Assembly (NCBI RefSeq): GCF_003918875.1 | Contig: NW_025767081.1 | Coordinates: 434,001-498,000, forward strand | Reading direction: 5' to 3' | Origin: Haliotis rubra | Taxonomy: Eukaryota | DNA length: 64,000 nt | Part shown: positions 59,792-64,000 of the stretch, piece by piece | Layout: every line of letters begins with the position of its first letter | Position numbering within the stretch: position 1 is the first letter of the stretch | Translations under genes and position numbers: made by a program | The notes under the pieces: model-generated | What the model saw: only the letters and a program-made list of their open reading frames with translations | Database searches by the model: none | Told to the model about the DNA's origin: nothing

Positions 59792-60931
59792 TGGGCGTTG
59801 GGGTAGCCTAGTGGTTAAAGTGTCACGCCGAAGGCACGGGTTCAATTCCCTACATGGGAGTGAAGCCCATTTCTGGTGTGCCCCGTCGTGATATTGCTGG
59901 AATATTGCTAAAATCGGCGTAAAACTAAACTCACTCGCTCATTCTCTCCATATCCTGAGATCTTAAATCTGCTATCGTCATGAGTTTTTTCATTGTTAAA
60001 AGAGGCAATGTGGCAGCCTAGTTGTTAAAGCGTTCGGACGTCACGCCGAAGACCCGGGTTCGATTCCCTACATTGTTACAATGTGTGAAACCCATTTCTG
60101 GTGTCCCCCGCCGAGATATTGCCGGGATATTGCTAAAATCGGCGTAAAACTAAACTCACTCACTCCATATCCTGAAATCTGTAATCTGCTATGGTCATGA
60201 GTTTTTTCATTGTCAAAAGGGACTGTGGGGTAGCCTAGTGGTTAAATCGTTCGCTTGTCATGTCGAAGCTCATATTCGATTTTGCACATGACACAAGTGT
60301 GAAGCAAATCGCTGCGGATCCCGTATGGTATTGCGGAACAGTGAAAGAAGCGGAGTAAAACTATACTCACTCAGTTTCTTAGTTGATCTACTTAAACTGC
60401 AGTATCCTTTACAGCAGTAACAACTGTAGTGTACGACTGTAGGATACGATATACTCTGACCTTGGCTACAGGACCTTTAGGGGCGGTGGGGTAGTCTAAT
60501 GGTTAAAGCGTTCGCTCGTCACGCCGAAGACTCGGGATCGATTCCCACATGGGCCAAGACTTCGTCATTGTCATTTTGGGTCTTCACAATTCATTGCCTT
60601 TACATTTTCGTTGCTAAAACGGTCATATACGGACGGGGGTTGTGGAGTAGTCTAATGGTACTCAGGATCGATTCCCACATGGGCCAAGACTTCGTCATTG
60701 TCATTTTGGGTCTTCACAATTCATTGCCTTTACATTTTCGTTGCTAAAACGGTCATATACGGACGGGGGTTGTGGAGTAGTCTAATGGTTAAAGCGCTCG
60801 CTCGTCACACCGAAGACCCGGGTTCGAATCCCCACATGGGTACAAATTGTGAAGCCCACGTCTGGTGTCCCCCGCCGTGATATTGCTGGAATATTGCTAA
60901 AAGCGGCATCAAACCAAACTCACTCACTCAC
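59792..60931 (+). mobile_element. Cluster of five family 1 SINE copies or fragments, including tandemly duplicated SINE+flank units and a ~130-bp direct duplication
   Basis: SINE heads near 59792, 60004, 60224, 60480 and 60765; repeated flank CTCCATATCCTGA.ATCT..AATCTGCTAT.GTCATGAGTTTTTTCATTGT; 60535-60659 is repeated at 60665-60789. Confidence 0.8.
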
Positions 60932-61149
60932 TACAGGACTTTTAGGGGCCTATTTGCAAACAACGCCGCGCGTGAAGATAAGATTGTTGAGATGATAAAT
61001 GCATGGTGTTTTGTAGTATCCATGTTTGGTGGTACAGTTGTAAAGATGAACTGCCTCTCTACCTACCCAAACTACTCACATTCTTGCTCACCTTTCAACA
61101 TTTTCCCTCTCTCCTGCTAATCCATTCAAACACTCTGCCTCTTTCTCAG

Positions 61150-63226
61150 CAATTTGCTGTGCAGAGTTGTGTCTCTTAGTCACACTAGATAACTATGATC
61201 ATAGGTTCTGATCCCAGTACCATACACACTCATCACTTTGGACATTTCACCCACATCAAGCTCACAGGTTGTGAAAAAACTCAAATATTGTTAAAATTCA
61301 GGCCACATCGGCATAAACATCAAGTGATGTCCACGAATGGGTCACTATGTTCGACAGTGTGGCTCCTCAGAGAGATTCTTGGTACAGTCCTGTCCCACCG
61401 ACGCTGATGAACTGGATGAATACCAGGTGGATGAATACCAGGTAGAATGAGATGGTAATATCACTTAACCATCCAGGACCTCAAATACAGTTTTGGTCTA
61501 CATTGAACGTGATATTCTTCTTGGGAAAACGCCATACAAATGGAATGTTATGATTATGATTTTAAAAGAGGTCAAATCGCTTGGCAGAGTTGCGTACCCT
61601 TGGAGTGCCAGAAATCAACCCTCGCTCGCTCCCTTCCTCCGTTCGCTCCCTCCCTCCGCTCCACTCCCCGCTCCCTCACTCCACCCCGCTCCGCTCCACT
61701 CATCTCCTCTCCACTCTACTCTACACCACTCACTCACTCGCTCATTCCACTCCACTCACTCATTCCTCTCCTCTCCACTCCGCTCCACTCCACTCCGCTT
61801 CGCTCCACTCCACTCCGCTCCTCTCACTGACTCACTTCTCTCACTCACTTATTCCGCTCCACTTCGCTCCCCTCACTCGCTCTCGCTCCGCCTCCTCGCC
61901 CATTCACTCCTCCGCTCCATTCCACTCACACTCTCCTCCGCCCCGCTCCACTCACTCCTCTCACTCCGCTCCGCTCCACTCCACTCCGCTCCGCTCCTCT
62001 CCTCTCCGCTCCACTCTCCTCCGTCCACTCCAATCCACTCCACTCCACTCCAATCCAAACATCGGAAAGTAATCATGCTTGTGATAGTTTTTAAAATCCG
62101 CCGTGCGACAAAATGTCGCGTTGTCGCATTGTCGCGCGTCGCGTTTTCGTCAAATACGTTATAATACATACTGTACTCAATATATTAACAAAGCGCGACA
62201 ACGCGACATTTCATCAAAATGTCGCGTTGTCAGATTGTCGCGTGTCGCGTTTTATTAGAATTTCAAAACTATTACAAGGATGATTATGTTTAGATGTTTT
62301 TAAAGGGCTAAGATACTCTGGGATCGAACTCAGAGTAAGAATAAAGGTGGCCGTGAAGTTTGTGGGTTAAGAGTTCTTGGTTAATGGAATGGATGTGTTG
62401 AAACTGGCCATTTTGCTGAAAATTATTATGATTGAGTAGGTGTATGTTTGAAACGATACAAGTACATGTGTATCGCTTGGTATATTATTATTATCATAAA
62501 TAATATAGGATTCCAATAGAATTGAAAAACAGACATCACAACACATTATTGTAATGAAATATCTTGCTAATTTATCAAGTTCCCTAAACCTTGAGTGAGT
62601 GAGTGAGTGAGGAGTGAAAGTGGAGAGGAGCGGAAAGGAGCGGAGAGGAGAGGAGTGGTGCGGAGAGAAGCGGGGTGGAGAAGAGCGGAGTGGGGCGGAG
62701 CGGAGCGCAGTGGACTGAAGCGGAGCGGAGTGAGAGAGGGAGGGTTGGTTTCTGCCACTCCAAGGGTATGCAGCTCTGCTAAGCGATTTCATCTTTTCTA
62801 ATATCATAATGATAACAGTCCATTTGTATGGCGTTTTCCCAAGCAGAATATCACGTTCAAAGCCGACCTAAACTGTCTTTGAGGTGCTGGATGGTTAAGT
62901 AATATTACCATCTCATTCTACCTGGTATCCATCCACTGCTGGTTGAACAGGGGCAGATGACGGACAAATTCATCAGCGTCGGACAGGACTGTACCAAGAA
63001 ACTCTGTCAGGAGCCACACTGTCTAACATAGTGACCCATTAGAGGACTTCACTTGATGTTTATGCCGATGTGGCCTGAATTTTAACAATATCTGAGTTTT
63101 TTCACAACCTGTGAGCTTGATATAGGTGAAATGTCCAAAGTGATGAGTGTGTATGGTATTGGAATCAGAACCTATGATCATAGTTATCTAGTGTGACTAA
63201 GAGACACAACTCTGCACAGCAAATTG
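61150..63226. mobile_element. ~2.1-kb foldback-type element: ~480-bp inverted arms plus inverted (CTCCA/CTCCG)n satellites around a unique core
   Basis: CAATTTGCTGTGCAGAGTTGTGTCTCTTAGTCACACTAGATAAC... at 61150 mirrors 63226; arms continue to ~61620 and ~62745; pyrimidine-rich 61620-62055 versus purine-rich 62593-62745. Confidence 0.8.
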
Positions 63227-63799
63227 ACCTTGAAAATTGTCGCTATGTCGCGTGTCGCCCTTTGGAGGAATGAATATATATATTATTCATGGGCGAAATG
63301 TTGCGTCGTCGCATATCGCGTGTCGCGTGTCGCGTTTTGTTTAATTTTGCTTGTATTTGAGAGGGCGACAACGCGACAATGCGACAACGCGACAATGTCC
63401 CTTCCAGGATTCCATAGGTGTCCCCCGCCCTGATATTGCTGGAATAGCGGCGTAAGACCATACTCACTCACTCACTTAGCCACTCACTACTACCGCCCGT
63501 GCACACTCACTCACTCATTCACCCTTAATCCTTTCACTCTCCTGCTCTTCTTCCTCTTCTCCAGTGCTCACAATGACGCTCGTCTCATCTCACTCTTATT
63601 GTCATTGTGTAGATACATGAAAGCATTTGTATCCGAATGCCAGCGGTGACTGCCATCGCTGCAAAAAGGAGATTTCTGGTGGAAGATTACCTTCGATTAT
63701 CCACTGTATTATATGTCCAATTTGTTAAACTACATGTAATCAGGGATACTCTACAACAGAGTATCCCTGATGTAATAGTGTTCGGGCTGGACGCCGGTT

Positions 63800-64000
63800 C
63801 ATGTCGGTGGCGTAGTGGATAGAGCGTCTGCTTAGGAGCAGAGGGTAGATGGTTCGAGCCCTGACAGCGTCACACGAAAAATTCGATAATAAATGGTATG
63901 TGTTATTACCTTGCCTGAAGCTTGGCGTTAAGAGACTGGCTGGCTTGGAGTCAATGTTATATGTCTCAGTCGGATATCAATATTACACTATGACATGATG
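63800..64000 (+). mobile_element. Diverged SINE family 3-like copy (truncated by the window end)
   Basis: GGCGTAGTGG A box, GGTTCGAGCCC B box, GTCACACGAAAA...AAATGGTA and GACTGGCTGGCTTGGAGTCA similar to family 3. Confidence 0.6.

Noticed and set aside
61493-62807. ORFs of 96-223 aa rich in Ser/Pro/Leu/His
   Set aside because: Translations of (CTCCA/CTCCG)n satellite that are open in several frames only because stop codons are absent.

Overview
Eukaryotic, AT-rich, repeat-dense animal DNA. The SINE types and gene content fit a marine mollusc, plausibly a gastropod such as abalone (inference, not proven). Main genic content: (1) four intronless, signal-peptide-bearing iduronate-2-sulfatase-like paralogs (A 16514-18030 +, B 19772-21290 -, C 24235-25752 -, D 57101-58611 -). 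C is intact, B has a 1-bp homopolymer insertion, and A and D share the same 1-bp deletion. (2) Between C and D, a 7-exon gene (34206-46853 +) that I assembled by hand from phase-compatible GT-AG sites. It encodes an apparently novel ~447-aa secreted protein: signal peptide, NRF (NRF-6 N-terminal) domain, Thr-rich linker and EF-hand domain, with no acyltransferase membrane domain. (3) The last two exons of an upstream Ser-rich gene and a decayed PML/TREX-like DEDDh exonuclease exon. The rest is mobile DNA: three SINE-like families (dozens of copies, many with TSDs), Penelope-like inverted pLTRs carrying hammerhead-like motifs, Tc1, RTE-X-like and Nimb/I-like LINE relics, many MITEs (two expanded into minisatellites) and a 2.1-kb foldback element. 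No CRISPR array, rRNA or bona fide tRNA gene is supported. All alignments, folds and domain calls were made by eye, and repeat coordinates are approximate.
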